Shown: positions 40,473 through 60,187 of the stretch, in pieces | How positions within the stretch are numbered: position 1 is the first letter of the stretch | Layout: the number at the start of each line of letters is the position of its first letter | Assembly (NCBI RefSeq): GCF_009914755.1 | Contig: NC_060939.1 | DNA length: 64,000 nt | DNA from: the human T2T-CHM13v2.0 reference genome, Homo sapiens | Direction: 5' to 3' (one strand) | Position numbers and translations under genes: made by a program | Notes under the pieces: model-generated | What the model was told of the DNA's origin: nothing | The model's database searches: none | The model's input: the letters and a program-made list of their open reading frames with translations, nothing else

Positions 40473-40691
40473 TCAGAAGGGAAGCCGTGACAGACTGTAG
40501 CTGGAAAATTGGGACACTGCCACCCAAATACTGCACTTTCCCAGTGGTATTAGCAAACAGCACTCCAGGAGATTATATCCCATGCCCGGCTCAGCAGGTC
40601 CCACACCCACGGAACCTTGCTCATTGCTAGCACAGTAGTCAGAGATCAAGCTGCGAGGCAGCAGCCTGGCTGGGGGAGGGGTGTCCGCCAT
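40473..40691 (-). CDS. L1 antisense ORF0, open for 72 codons
   Basis: MADTPPPARLLPRSLISDYCASNEQGSVGVGPAEPG... resembles the primate L1 ORF0 N-terminus (MAGAPPPASLPPCSLISDCCASN...) in the expected 5'UTR antisense position; translation not demonstrated. Confidence 0.55.
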   Translation of the reverse strand: MADTPPPARLLPRSLISDYCASNEQGSVGVGPAEPGMGYNLLECCLLIPLGKCSIWVAVSQFSSYSLSRLPF

Positions 40692-41290
40692 TGCTGAGGC
40701 TTGAGTAGGTAAACAAAGTGGCCAGGAAGCTCGAACTGGGTGGAGCCCACCTCAGCTCAACGAGGCCTGCCTGCGTCTGTAGATTCCACCTCTGGGGGCA
40801 GGGCATAGCTGACAAAAGGTAGCAGAAACTTCTGCAGACTTAAACGTCCATGTCAGACAGCTCTGAAGAGAGCAGTGGTTCTCCCAGCATGGTGTTTGAG
40901 CTCTGAGAACGGACAGACTGTCTCCTCAAGTGGGTCCCTGACTCCCACGTAGCCTAACTGGGAGACACCTCCCAGTAGCGGCTGACTGACACTTCATACA
41001 GCCAGGTGCCCCTTTGAGACGAAGCTTCCAGGGGAAGGATCAGGTGGCAATATTTGCTGTTGTGCAATATTTGCTGTTCTGCAGCCTCCGCTGGTGATAC
41101 CCAGGCAAACAGGGTCTGGAGTGGACCTCAAGCAAACTCCAACAGACCTGCAGCTGAGGGACCTGACTGTTAGAAGGAAAACAAACAAACAGAAAGGAAT
41201 GGCATCAACATCAACAAAAAGGACATCCACACCAAAACCCCATCTGTAGGTCACCATCATCAAAGACCAAAGGTAGATAAAACCACAAAG

Positions 41291-42315
41291 ATGGGGAGAA
41301 ACCGGAGCAGAAAAGATGAAAATTCTAAAAACCAGAGTGCTTCTTCTCCTCCAAAGGATCGCAGCTCCTCGCCAGCAACAGAACAAAGCTGGATGGAGAA
41401 TGACTTTGACGAGTTGACAGAAGTAGGCTTCAGAAGGTTGGTAATAACAAACTTCTCTGAGCTAAAGAAGGATGTTCGAACCCATTGCAAGGAAACTAAA
41501 AACCTTGAAAAAAGATTAGATGAATAGCTAACTAGAATAAACAGTGTAAAGAAGACCTAAAATGACCTGATGGAGCTGAAAACCTTGGCACGAGAACTAC
41601 GTGACACATGCACAAGTTTCAGTAGCCGATTCGATCAAGTGGAAGAAAGGTATCAGTGATTGAAGATCAAATTAATGAAATTAAGTGAGAAGAGAAGTTT
41701 AGAGAAAAAAGAGTAAAAGTAAACAAATAAAGCCTCCAAGAAATATGGGACTATGTGAAAAGACCAAATCTACGTTTGATTGGTATACCTGAAAGTGACG
41801 GGGAGAATGGAACCAAGCCGGAAAAGACTCTTCAGGATATTATCCAGGAGAACTTCTCCAACCTAGCAAGGCAGGCCAACGTTCAAATTCAGGAAATACA
41901 GAGAACGCCACAAAGATTCTCCTTGAGAAGAGCAACCCCAAGACACATAATTGTCAGATTCACCAAGGTTGAAATGAAGGAAAAAATGTTAAGGGCAGCC
42001 AGAGAGAAAGATCAGGTTACCCACAAAGGGAAGCCCATCAGACTAACAGCGGATCTCTTGGCAGAAACTCTGCAAGCCAGAAGAGAGTGGGGGCCAATAT
42101 TCAGCATTCTTAAAGAAAAGAATTTTCAACCCAGAATTTCATATCCAGCCAAACTAAGCTTCAGAAGTGAAGGAGAAATAAAATCCTTTACAGACAAGCA
42201 AATGCTGAGGGATTTTGTCACCACCAAGCCTGCCTTACAAGAGCTCTTGAAGGAAGCACTAAACATGGAAAGGAACAACCGGTACCAGCCACTGCAAAAA
42301 CATGCCAAATTGTAA
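41291..42315 (+). pseudogene. L1 ORF1p remnant
   Basis: MGRNRSRK...EKRLDE* stop at 41525-41527; resumes KRPNLRLIG...YQPLQKHAKL*. Confidence 0.93.
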
Positions 42316-42378
42316 AGACCATGGATGCTAGGAAGAAATGGCATCAACTAACGGGCAAAATAACTAGCTGACATCAAA

Positions 42379-46212
<3,834 letters not shown>

Positions 46213-46588
46213 ACAGTGAGAACAGTTGGACTGAGGGTGGAGAACATCACACACTGGGGCCTGTCAAGGGGTGGGGGAATGGGGGAGGGATAGCATTAGG
46301 AGAGATACCTAATGTAAATGAGGAGTTAATGGGTGCAGCAAACCAACATGTCACATTTATACATATGTAACAAACCTCCACATTGAGCACATGCACCCTA
46401 GAACTTAAAGTATAATAATAATAATAATGATAAAAAAGAAATGAAACATTCAGCTATACTACTGAGACTCCCTGTGTCCTCTTTTCCTGTCATGTCTCTC
46501 TCTCTCCCTATAAGAGATAAGCATTATGTTACATTTCTTTATATTCTTACTCTACATGCATCTATTACTAATTAGTATAAAGTATTGA

Positions 46589-47003
<415 letters not shown>

Positions 47004-47456
47004 TTTTTATGACTACCATTTATTCATCTCTTCTCTTATTAATAGAAATTAATAACTAACTGATGAGTTGCTTTTATGATGCACTGTTACAAACAGTAAA
47101 CTTTTCTGTGGCTGTCCCTTTCCATACATGTAGAAGATTTCCAGTGGGTATACACCCAGAAAAGGAAATTCTTCAAGTTTACTAGATGTTGCCAAATTAT
47201 GGTTCCAGTTCCATTTATTCCATAGCATCACCAACACTTGGAATTTTCAGACTTTAAATTCTGATGGTGTGAAATTCTGTCTCACTGGAATTTCTATGTG
47301 CATTTTCCCTAGTGAGTTGAACCCCTTGTTTTTATGCCTTCATTTTATATAGTTAAAACCATCTTGTATGTACGCTTTGTGTATTTTGTGTATATTTTAC
47401 ACTTACAATTAAAACACAAATATATTCCCTTGTTATGTGCTTTTCACAAGCAATTT

Positions 47457-47776
47457 CCTTTTCTCTTCTTTTCTTTTTTCTTTCTTTTTTTTGAGATGGA
47501 GTCTTGCTCTGTCATCCAGGAGGCTAGAGTGTAGTGGCACAATCTTGGCTTACTACAACTTCTGCCTCCTGGGTCCAAGTGATTCTCGTGCCTCAGCCTC
47601 CTGAGTAGCTGGGACTACAGGCACATGTCACCACGACTGGCTAATTTTTGTGTTTTAATAGAGATGGGATTTCACCATGTTAGCCAGGCTAGTCTTGGAC
47701 TCCTGACCTCAAGTGATCCATCTACCTTGGCTTCCCAAACTGTTGGGATTGCAGGCATGAGGCACTGAGCCTGGCC
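47457..47776 (-). mobile_element. Alu (AluS-like)
   Basis: TSD TTCA(C/T)AAGCAATTT at 47443-47456 and 47777-47790. Confidence 0.93.
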
Positions 47777-50700
47777 TTCATAAGCAATTTTCAATGGCTG
47801 TATGATGTTCCAACATATGAGTGGAATAAAACATTCTTCTATTACTCGACATTTAGATCCATCCAGGTTTACACTGTTATAACTGAGATGCCGAGAGAAT
47901 TTAACTAGAAAGCCTTTTATGTATTTTGGATTATTTCCTTAGGTTGACTTTTCAGAAGGTGAATTATTGGGCCAAATAGTATGCACAATTCTAGAGCTCT
48001 TCCTATGAATATTGCCAAATTGCTCTTCAAAATGTTTGTAGTGATATTCTTGCCATCTAGCAATAGACAATTAGAACTTGGAATTTGAAGGGCATTGCTG
48101 ATGTCTTTTCCCAGTTCTGGGAAAAGTGGTTCCAATACTTTCTGTAAGCAATTCAGAGTATATCCTGGACTGGAAGGCACAGAGAAGGGATAGACTCTAA
48201 AGAGAAGGGGTAGAGGATGAGATATTACATGGCCTCTTGCCCAGAGGAGAGGTCTGTTCCTCGTCCCTTTTCAGGGAGGACTGACTGCAGGAACCAGGGG
48301 CAAGCATGGCTGCTCAGAAGACCCCTTTTTTTCCTCTGTTTTTTTTCTTCTGATGTAGCCCATCTCTGATTTCTTTTCTGTCTTCTTTTAAATTTTCAAG
48401 TTAATGATAATTTCCGCAGACCTAAACATATGGGAATCAGAATTCACTTTTTAAGAAATTGAGTCAATTCCATTTTTCCTTGGAAATAAGACAGTATATT
48501 ATCTGTCATATTATATACAATAATCAAATCTAACAAATATTAGGCACCTGTCATATCCCAGTTTATTCCCTGAGAATACAATGGTGGACAAAATATATTA
48601 CAATAGTTTATTGTGAGCGAGAATCCTATAGTAGTATATTTATTATACATATACTCTATGATATTCATACTGGTGACAGAAAGTAATAACAGCCATACCT
48701 ATTATTAGCAATAATACTATAGATTGCTATTATGACTAGCAATGGCTGAGAATATGTTGTTATGAAAAAGTGTTTTTCCGGGCACTGCTGGAAATGAGGT
48801 GTTACAGTATAGGAGGGTAATTTTTCCTGAGTTTTCAGATCTTTCATAGCTGAGCTGGTGTGCCAGATTGGTTGCTTATTAAAACTGGCACGGTGCCCTA
48901 CAGGGCTAATGTGTTAATAATAAGTAGTGCTCCTCTCGGGCACTGGCCCTGCCCCTCATTAATGTCCCCCAGGTTCTGCTGCTGCTGTGTGGGTCTCCAT
49001 TCTGCCCCCAATGTTCCGCTGAAAGCCTCTAGGAGTGGGGTTTCAGAGACACTCATACATCATAGGTGACTCTTTAAAAAGAGATCTTAGAGATGGGAGG
49101 ATAATTTAATGTCCATGCATAACATTTGTAGCTCCAGAGGCTATGATAATGATGAAAGCAATGAAGCCCTAGGGTCCCGAGCAGGGTCTTTTCACCTGAG
49201 AGGGTGAGGAAGGCGCCTGATTGTCCATGTATGCTGTGGAGGGGGTACTTTTAATTTTTTTGATCTTCCTTTGAATGTTCATATACTTGCTAACAGGTCA
49301 CAAATGAAAGAAGGATATAGAAGTAGCTAGAGAGCCCTGCGATTCTTTGAGTTGGGATGATAGCATGAGTCCTTTCACCTGTAGGGTGGAAACCAGAAGA
49401 GGAATGAAAAGACCTAGGCAAGCTTGGCCACACGGCCCAGCCTGGGAACCTCTTAGCTACAAATATCATGCTCCAATTCTTCATGGAGATGGTTTTCTCA
49501 AGCTCTGTCACACCCTGAACTCTAAGAATAATTTTTGTTCCCTTTATGCACACATTCTCAAAAAGGATTTACCTATATAATTTATGCAATTGTAATATTT
49601 AATAATATACATTTTGCGATGTTTCAACTTTTGCTATTTGGCAACATTTTCCAATAATAATACAGGGCAAAAAAAAGTATGAGCTCTGAGAGCCTACATT
49701 GTTAGTGAACTGATTTTGTTAGGCAACAGAATTTAAAATACTCTTGGATAAAATTTCTCAATAAGGAAAAATCATGTGAGTTGTTAATTTTATAAGTATA
49801 TTCATTATTATTACTATTAGTGAAACTAATGAATTCCACTTGGCCTTGGATTGCCATATAATTAGAGAAATAAAATTCTCTCTTTGCATGCTGAACTCAT
49901 TGGCAATGGGTAATTTGACAACTCCAGCCAGCTCTATTATTAATTTCAGGCTTGTTCAATTCAGCTTCAATTAAAATCAAACATTTATTTTATTACTTTC
50001 AGTTGAATTGAATTGAATTGTTATCTTTGAATAGGTAATGTGGGTAATATATGCACAAGGTAATATATGCAATGGTAATAAAATTCAAACGTCTAAATGT
50101 ACACAGAGAGAGGAAGTTTCTGTTCCACCACTGACCCTTCATGTCTGCCCCCTCCTCAGTGGTAACTGCTGTCGTCAGGGTTTTTTTTTTTTTTTTTGTG
50201 TGTGTGTCCTTTGAAAGATTTATCAGAGATACATCTACTTATATCTATGTATATCTCGATTCATATGATTTTATTTTGCATGAATGGGAACATAATATTA
50301 CCCTTTTCTGCCTTTGCTTTTTACTTAATGTAATATTTTGTCCATAATTTCATGTGTTTTCTGGGAATGGTAACTCAAAAATGTGTAAAGCACCTACCAC
50401 GTGTTGGGTGCTGCCTTGGAAGTAAAGATAAATATGAGAGGCCTCTGTCTCCCTGGGGCCCACGTTGTGGCGGAGGAGAAAGTGTGTACCTGGGTAATTA
50501 TAAAAAAGATTAGGCTGTAGGTGTGCCATAAGGGAGGTGTAAGCAGAGTTGAAAGCATTAACCTCGGAGGAAGAGATTAATCCTCTTTAGAAGACATGCG
50601 AAGTCCTCTTAGAACTGGAAGATTTGAACAGAGTACCAAGTAATTGGTAGGTCTCTGACAGGTGCTGATGTGGGCTGAGGATACCCAGGATGGGAAGGGT

Positions 50701-50853
50701 TGCATGCTAAATCTGTTCAGGGCGTGGCAACTGTGGGGTGTGGGTGGGACATGAAGTGGGTGGTGATAGTGGGGATGTTGGTGGGAGGATGGGAGTGGGA
50801 ACAAAACTGGAAAGATGGTTTAACGCTTTGAATGTCAGAGTGAAAGACAAAAC

Positions 50854-50921
50854 TGTGTGCGTGAGTGTGTGTGTGAGTGTGTGAGTGTGTGTGAGTGTGT
50901 GTGTTGAATGTGTGTGTGTGT
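50854..50921. repeat. Imperfect (TG)n/(TGAG) microsatellite
   Basis: tgtgtgcgtgagtgtgtgtgtgagtgtgtgagtgtgt... Confidence 0.9.
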
Positions 50922-51734
50922 AGTGTAGTGTTTAGAGGCCTGGAGAAGTGGGTGGAGGAGGAGGAGGGAAGGCTTTCCTGTAGGTCAGATGTAGGGGGGG
51001 CCTGAATTAGAGCAAGTTTTGTGGGAGAGGAACAAAAGAGATGAATTCCTGAGACATCACAGAGCTAATTTTTCTTATGAATGAGGGTTGGCAGCTTTGT
51101 AACATCATTAGCCATTCTAAATCTATTCCCTGATGGACTTGGAGTTTTGAATTCCTAATGAGGACAATCTGACTGACAACCCATTTAGGATAATACACTT
51201 TAATAGAAAAGTCAAACACACTTATTTCAACAGAGACATGCAACACCGTTAATTTGCAGAGGAAAAATAACAGTGGGGTGGCATTCTCTGCCATGCAGCT
51301 ATCATGGACATGGCTGATTGGAAAAGTCACTGAATAATTGTCTATGTGGGATTCTGAATTGGAACAGAGAGCACACTTCTATGTTCAATTGTGCCACTGC
51401 TTGCAAAGGTGATTTTACAAGCTAAAGTGCTCGAAAACCTCTAAAGGGCAAAAAATGAAGGGAAATAAAATGCTGCAGTTAACCTCAAGAAAGTATAAAT
51501 GACATTTTGCAAGCCAACTTCATGAGCCTATCTCCAGCATGACCACCATAGTGATAAATGAACACTACTTGTTTTTCTTCATTATTTTGTAATCTCTCAA
51601 AATTCCAAATGGTTCTCTGTTAGGAAATTGTTAGGAAATGGGGAGCTAGACAATTGGTACATGAATTTATTTGCCAAATTCAAATTGACTAGATTCTTAA
51701 AACAGTATACTATATTCCTCTTAGCCCACAACAG

Positions 51735-51766
<32 letters not shown>

Positions 51767-52399
51767 CTAGACCTCTCCTTGCCCTCCAGGGAGAAATACA
51801 TGTAGCACAGTAAGTGAAATTAATATCCTTTTCTATGTGCCCCTAATAAATAGTTTCTTGCCCTGAGCAAGTGGCTGTTTGCAAGGCCTGTCAAATATTT
51901 CAAATTGCCGGCTGGAGAGATGTTCAGGTGAGTGATCCACTGCCTTTGTTTGGCAGAAGCCACATTAAAAGTTCAAAGTGGGTGGTGGGTGAGTTGCAGC
52001 AAACATTCCGTGAGTCCTCACTATACTCCAGTTTGGGGATTTTCTTTAACCTGAGAGACATGACTATGTTGAGTAATGACAAGTGGCTGGAACTTGGCAA
52101 CCTTCATATTCCTTGGAGACCAGGGTGGCCAGAAGTGGTGAAGGGAACGTGTTGAAGTGCACAAGCTGCTGGCTAGATGAGTCTTTGTCCAGCCTCCAAA
52201 ACAATGCAGAAAACCCTTCTGCAGTTTGCTTTATCCCTGACCTTCCCTGAACACTCCCAGAGTCTGCCATATCTAATTGTTAGAAATAGTGAGTGGATTT
52301 CTGCTTCTTTATAACCCACTTGTCCTAGCTTTACCCAAGAGCAGAACCTTAGGGTGCATGAGAATCAACTTGGGTTGCTTTTTCCTTTCCTCTTCTCTT

Positions 52400-53130
52400 A
52401 AATATTTTTATTACAGAAATTTTTAAACATAATACAAAAGCAGAGAAAATTATATTATAAAACTATGTACTCATCATCCACTCTCAACAGTTATCAGCAT
52501 TTTGAAAACATTACTTTATTGATCTCTTCTGCTTTTTAATAGAGTTATTTAAAGCAAACTTCAGTCATCATATAATTTCATGTGCATATACTTCAGTACA
52601 CTTCTCTGCCAGATGACAGTTTTTTCTACATATTCACAATGTCATTATCACACATAACAAAATTAACGATAATTCTCTACTATTATCTAGTATGCAATAC
52701 ATACTCACATTGTCCTGATTGCCTTTAAAATGCCTTTTAAAGGTGAATTTGAATCTTGATTCAAACAACATCTATACATTACACGTTGCACTGGATTTCA
52801 TATTTCTTAAGAGTCTGTTAATCTATGAATGTCTGCTGATCCATTAAAAAATACCATCTATATGTTGAGGAAACCAAATCATTTATCCTGTACAATGTAT
52901 TGCATTCTGGCTTTGACTGGCTGTTTCGTCATGGTGAATTTTAATTCTTTTGCCTCTATTTCTTGTAAACTGATAATCAGATATGAGAGTTGTTTAGATT
53001 TAGTTCCATTATTATTATTATTATTTTTTTGGGAATACACGACAGGTGGTGCTGTGTGTTTCCTAGTGTGTGACAGTGAGAGGTATCCCACTTTTAGTGG
53101 TGCTGAAATTGATCTGTGAATTCAAGTGCT
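52400..53130 (-). mobile_element. Old mammalian L1 (L1MC/ME-like) 3' fragment, approximate
   Basis: AT-rich; tacaaaagcagagaaaat...cacaatgtcattatcacac...tgttgaggaaacca motifs typical of old L1M 3' ends. Confidence 0.5.
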
Positions 53131-53299
53131 GGAGGCCTAAAAGTGCTGATTCCTGGGTCCAGCCTAGAGCTCTGAATCACCATCTCTAAGAGAGCAGTGC
53201 AGGTGAATCTGAGACAGGTGACCCATGGACCACCGGTGTCTGAGGAACATTGTTCTTGAGAACCATTCCTTGGTGGAAGAAGTTTTGGAAAATTCTGTG

Positions 53300-53889
53300 T
53301 ATGATGATTAATTTTGTGGGTCAACCTGACTGGGCCATGGGTACCCAGATATTTGATCAAGTCTTATTCTCGGTGTGTTTGTGAGGGTGTTTTTGGCTGA
53401 GATTAATATCAGAATTGTTAGGCTGAATAAAGCAGATTGTTCTCCCTAATGGGGCTGGGCCTCGTCCAATCAATTGAAGACCTGAATAGAACAAAAAGTC
53501 TGAGTAAGAGGGAGCTCTTCCTGTCTGACTGCTTGAGTAGGACATTAATCTTTCCTGGCCTTCAGACTCAATTGAAAAATCAGCTCTTCTTAGGTCTTGA
53601 GCCTGATGATTTTTAGACTGGAATCCACACCATTGGCTTCCCTGGTTCTCAGGCCTTTGGACTCAGATTGGAGCTATACCACAGTCTCTCCTGTGCCTCT
53701 GGCTTGCTGATTACAGATCCTGGTGCTTCTCGGCTTCCGTAATCACATGAGTCAATTCCTTATAATACATCTCTCTCTCTGTCTATATTTATATATCTAT
53801 ATTTATATCTATATCTATATCCATACCTATATCTATACCTATATTTCTATACCCTGTTTGTTCTTTCTCTAGAGAACCCTGACTAGTCA
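53300..53889 (+). mobile_element. ERVL solo LTR (MLT2 family)
   Basis: gattaattttgtgggtcaacctgactgggcc...gagaaccctgactagtca; 5-bp TSD CTGTG at 53295-53299 and 53890-53894; internal (TATATC)n. Confidence 0.9.
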
Positions 53890-54025
53890 CTGTGCTAAAC
53901 GGTACAAAACTTTTTTTTTTTTTTTACTGCAGGACTTCTCAGATCCTTTAATATATGCTAATGTGTATTATGATATTCCAAGCAGTAGGATGTTTCATAG
54001 TGTTTCCCAAACTACTTTGACCAAG

Positions 54026-54825
54026 TGATATGATTTGGATGTTTATCCCCTCCAAATCGCCTGTTGAAATGTGATCTCCAATGTTGGAGGTGGTGCCTGG
54101 TGGGAAATGTTTGGATCATGGGGGAGGATCCCTCATGAATGGCTTAACACCATCCCCTTGGTGATGAGTGAGTTCTCACTCAGTTACTTCATGCAAGATC
54201 TGCTTGTTTAAAAGTGTGGCACTTCCCCATTGGCCCGCTTGCTCCCTCTCTGGCCATGTGACATGCTGGCTCTCCGTCACCTTCTGCCATGATTGTAAGC
54301 TTCCTGAGGCCTCACTGGAAGCAGATGCCAGCATTATGCTTCCTGTAAAGCCTGTAGCACCGTGAGCCAATTAAACTTCTTTTTTAAATTTATTATTTTT
54401 TTAAATTAAATTTAATTTTAAGATCCAGGATACATGTGCAGGTTTGTTACATAGGTAACTGTGTGTCATGGTTGTTTGCTGTACCTAACAACCCATTACC
54501 TAGGTATTAAGCCCCGCATGCATTAGCTATTTATCCTGATGCTCTCCCTTTCCCTGTCCCCCTAACAGGCCCTAGTGTGTGTTGTTCCCCTCCCTGTGTC
54601 CATCTGTTCTCATTGTTCAGCTCCCACTTATAAGCGAGAACATGCAGTGTTTGGTTTTCTGTTTTTGTGTTACTTTGCTAAGGATAATGGCTTCCAGTTC
54701 CATCCATGTCCCTGCAAAGGACATGATCTCATTCATTTTTATGGCTGCAGAGTATTCCACATAAACCTCTTTTCTTTATAAATCATCCAGCCTCAGGTAT
54801 TTGTTTATGCAGATGAGCTAGTACA
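54026..54825 (+). mobile_element. MaLR solo LTR (MSTB-like), interrupted by an L1 fragment
   Basis: tgatatgatttggatgttt...; 5-bp TSD CCAAG at 54021-54025 and 54826-54830. Confidence 0.9.
54384..54761 (-). mobile_element. Short 3' L1 fragment (older L1PA, ~PA10-like) inside the MST LTR
   Basis: ctaggtattaagccccgcatgcattagctatt; TSD TAAAC(T/C)TCTTTT at 54372-54383 and 54762-54773. Confidence 0.9.
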
Positions 54826-57679
54826 CCAAGGAACTCACTGTAATCATGCATTTTGCAGGTCCGGCATTCCATAGGATCTTTTGATAATACAGCTTTGGTA
54901 TGATATAGAATAAATCTCCTTCCTTTTCCACCCACCAGCCCTTCACATTATTTGAAGGCAGCAGTTTCTGTGCTTGGACTTCTCTTGTTTGGGGTGAATG
55001 TCCCCAGTACCTTCAGGTTTTCCTCTTGGGGCTTGCTCTAGCACCTTCTGTTTCCTTTTCTTTCTTGGTGTGTTCTCTGGTTGGTCAGGGGGCCTCTTCC
55101 ATGGCTATGACTCACCTCTCACATGGTGTGGGGACTCTGAGGAAGTCCTTCTGAAATAGCTGGTGTCCACCTGGCCTAGAAAGAGAAGGACCTCCAGTTG
55201 GCCAAGAGGAACTTTCAGTGATTCGAATTTTATACCGCACCCTTTTCAGAGTTGTCTTCATAAGTTCCTGGTGCCACCATTTCTTCTTTAATTTTTTAAC
55301 AGTGAAGGGAATTTGTTCATGAAATGGAAATTTCAGGCATAGCTTGATCTAGAGCTCACACGATGTGAGCAGGCCCGATGTTTCTCCATTTTTCAGCTCC
55401 CCTTCCTGATTCCTTCATTCTCAGGCAGATTCTGTCTGGTGGTTACAAGATGGCTGCAGCTGCCTCCATGGCCATATCCTTTGTCATTCATGTCCAGTAG
55501 GAAAGGGCAGGTTCTTCTTCATGTGATACTTCTAATGTTCAGAGACTTCTGACTGCTGAGAGTGTATCTGTATTAAGACAGATAGGCCTTTCCTTTGGTT
55601 TATTTCCTGACTGAGTGTATTTCTGAACACACTGACTCTTTCCCATGTGTCAGCACCTAGAGGTGGCTGAGTTTGGTGGGAAACAAGAGAAATGCAACAT
55701 CAATAAATGGAGAGGACCTCAAATGTTATCTTGGTCAGCCTCTGGTCTTTGGTAGCTCTATAATTTCTCTTCCTTTTTTCAGCTGAGTCTCAGAGAGGTT
55801 AGGTAATTTTCTAGAGGTCACACAGACAGTTGTGGGCAGACCTGTATCAGAAGCTCTATTCTGAGAAGGCTGAGACTCCATATCGTAAGGGAAATCCCAC
55901 TCATGGACTCTATTCCTTGGGCAAATGACCCATGTACTCTAAGGACATGAGCTAGTATAATACTATCTTAATTATGTCTTTATATAGTTATGATTATAAT
56001 ATAGATATATCTTTTGCTGTGTTCATGTAATATGTGATATGAAACAATTCATCTGAAATAATTACAAATTTTTGTAGAAAGAACTTCCTGGGAAATTCAG
56101 TTTGTATACTCCTTTGCTGCCCAGCTTAAATTTCCTACCCTGGTATCACATTTTCAATCCTCTGCGGCCCTTGATTATCTTAGGTCCACTCATGCCAACT
56201 AGTCAGCAGCTCTGCCTCTCCTTTCCTTGGCAGCTGGGCTAGAACTTGGAGGGGTCAGGATGCACAAATGTTGTCTTGCTACCAGTGAGGGGCCTCCAAG
56301 GGCACTTGGCTAGACCAGAGCCATGGCTGTGCTAAGTCAGGCCAACTGAGTCTGTTCAACTTTTCTTTGTAGGAAGTCCCAGCTGTTTCCTCCCCACTGT
56401 TTATGGTATGTGTCCAAGAACAATGGGATCTTGTATTTAGAGTTGCTTTCTCTCTCTCTTTCTCTGTTATTCTAAGGTGCTCCTTCAAAAGGGCAAACAT
56501 TGTTTTAGAGAGGAAGAGAGAGCATGAACTCCTATGTAATTCCATATGGCTGGGCCAGGGGATGGCTGTGGGAGTTGAGGATCAGAGGAAAGCTGACTGT
56601 CAAAGGCTCCTGTCCCTAGGATCCCCCAGCATCTGTTCATCTAGAGGATGCTACCTGAGCATTTAGAGATGTAAGGACCTGACATCTTTATCTAGTTTAG
56701 CTCCAGAGGCCTGGGCAAAATGATCAAAGTAGTAAAACTTGTCTCTTGCATGCTTCTAGGTCCTGTGGGTGTCTCCCCACCTCTCCTCTACTCACCTTCC
56801 CACCAGCCCAGCCATAGACTGTTCTGCTGTTCATGAAATCATGGATAAAACTCAATCACAGGTGATAGTGATGTCATGCTACCATCCCTGGGAAGTTCAT
56901 GTTTGTAAAGGGGCATCTGGAGAGAGGGAAATGCTTACTACTTGGAATCTGGAGATTTGGACAAAAATTTTGTTAATTGATGAGTTGTTTTTGGACCAAA
57001 TCTCAAATACTTTGGCCTCGTTTTCTCATCTATCTAGCAAAAAAAGCTAATGAGATGATCTGGATATCTAGAACTTAGTTTTCCATGAATATCTGTATGT
57101 ATGAAGCAGGCCAGGGAACAGACACTTGAATAGAGGATCTTTCTGGTACTTTCTAAATCAGTCACAATCTATGCATCCTGCTCCATGTTCCTGCCCTGAG
57201 AGCTGCCAGGAATCTGAGGGGCTCAGGGTGAGGGCAGGAGCTACCACAGTTGTGATCCGCACCCTCTATCGCTATGAGCTGAGGACCACTAGATGGACTA
57301 CTCTTTAGCAGGTATAAGGAGCAACTAGAGGAATTCACCAGATGCTGCCAGCTGCATGTGGTATTGTTCTCAGGCCAGGGACAGGCATGCAAACTGCCAT
57401 TTCATACATATTTAACCTGCATGGGGCTAGGTCATCTGGAAGGAAGGTGACACACTGTTTCTGCCTTCCACCAGATTAAAGGACACAACTTCACCAGTGG
57501 AAGCATGAGTGTTCTTGAAAAAGATTTGCCTCTTTAGTGACATCTCCTTTTCTGTCTGGTGGTTTTGGTCTTTTGCATGGCATTGCATCAGTGGGGTCCT
57601 GGTGAGTCTTTTGGCTTGACTCCTGGTTTCCTTTGCCTCCTCTGCTGTTTTTAAACTTTTCATAGGTCTGACTTGTTGG

Positions 57680-57795
57680 ATTTTCTCCCTTTTCCTTCCT
57701 CTTTCCCTGTTTTCCTTTTTTTTCTCTCTCTCTCTTTTCCCTCTGACTCTCCCTTCTTTTATCTCCCTTTCTTTCTCACTCCCTTCCTTCCTTCC
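57680..57795. repeat. CT-rich low-complexity tract
   Basis: Pyrimidine-rich run. Confidence 0.85.
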
Positions 57796-58303
57796 AATAC
57801 CATTTTATTTGATTCGAACATATTTTACCTACTATGTGAAAAAGGGCAAATAAACCACAGATAAATAGTTAAAATTCAAAGTAATCTGTGCTATTGTAAA
57901 TTTAAATGCAAAGTGCTTTAAGTTGTATAACTGAGAGTAACTGACTTTGAGTTAAGGTTAGGGGAAATGGTTCACAGAGGATGTGAAATTTCGTGTGGGT
58001 CTTGAAGGATATCTAGGAGTTCTCCAAGTGTGTAATGGTGGGAAGAGGTACCCATATGTGTGATGGAGCCAGTGAATCTGGAGAGCAGCAGGAAGTCTAG
58101 AGTGACAGACAGGTGAAGGGGTGGGTAAGATAGGAGGGAGAGGTCAAACTCATGTTCTGGAGTTTTGTAAGTGTAAACCGAGGAGTTTAGAATGTTATTC
58201 TGGTCAAAAGCTTCCAATGATGTTGCAAACTTTCTAAACAGTTTGCAACATCAGAGCTGAATATACATGATTAGTTCTGAATTTTAGTTAAAATCTCAAC
58301 ATT

Positions 58304-60187
<1,884 letters not shown>

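Noticed and set aside
50041-50080. Short tandem duplication GGTAATATATGCA (a similar GTTAGGAAAT duplication lies near 51620)
   Set aside because: Two-copy slippage products; no array structure
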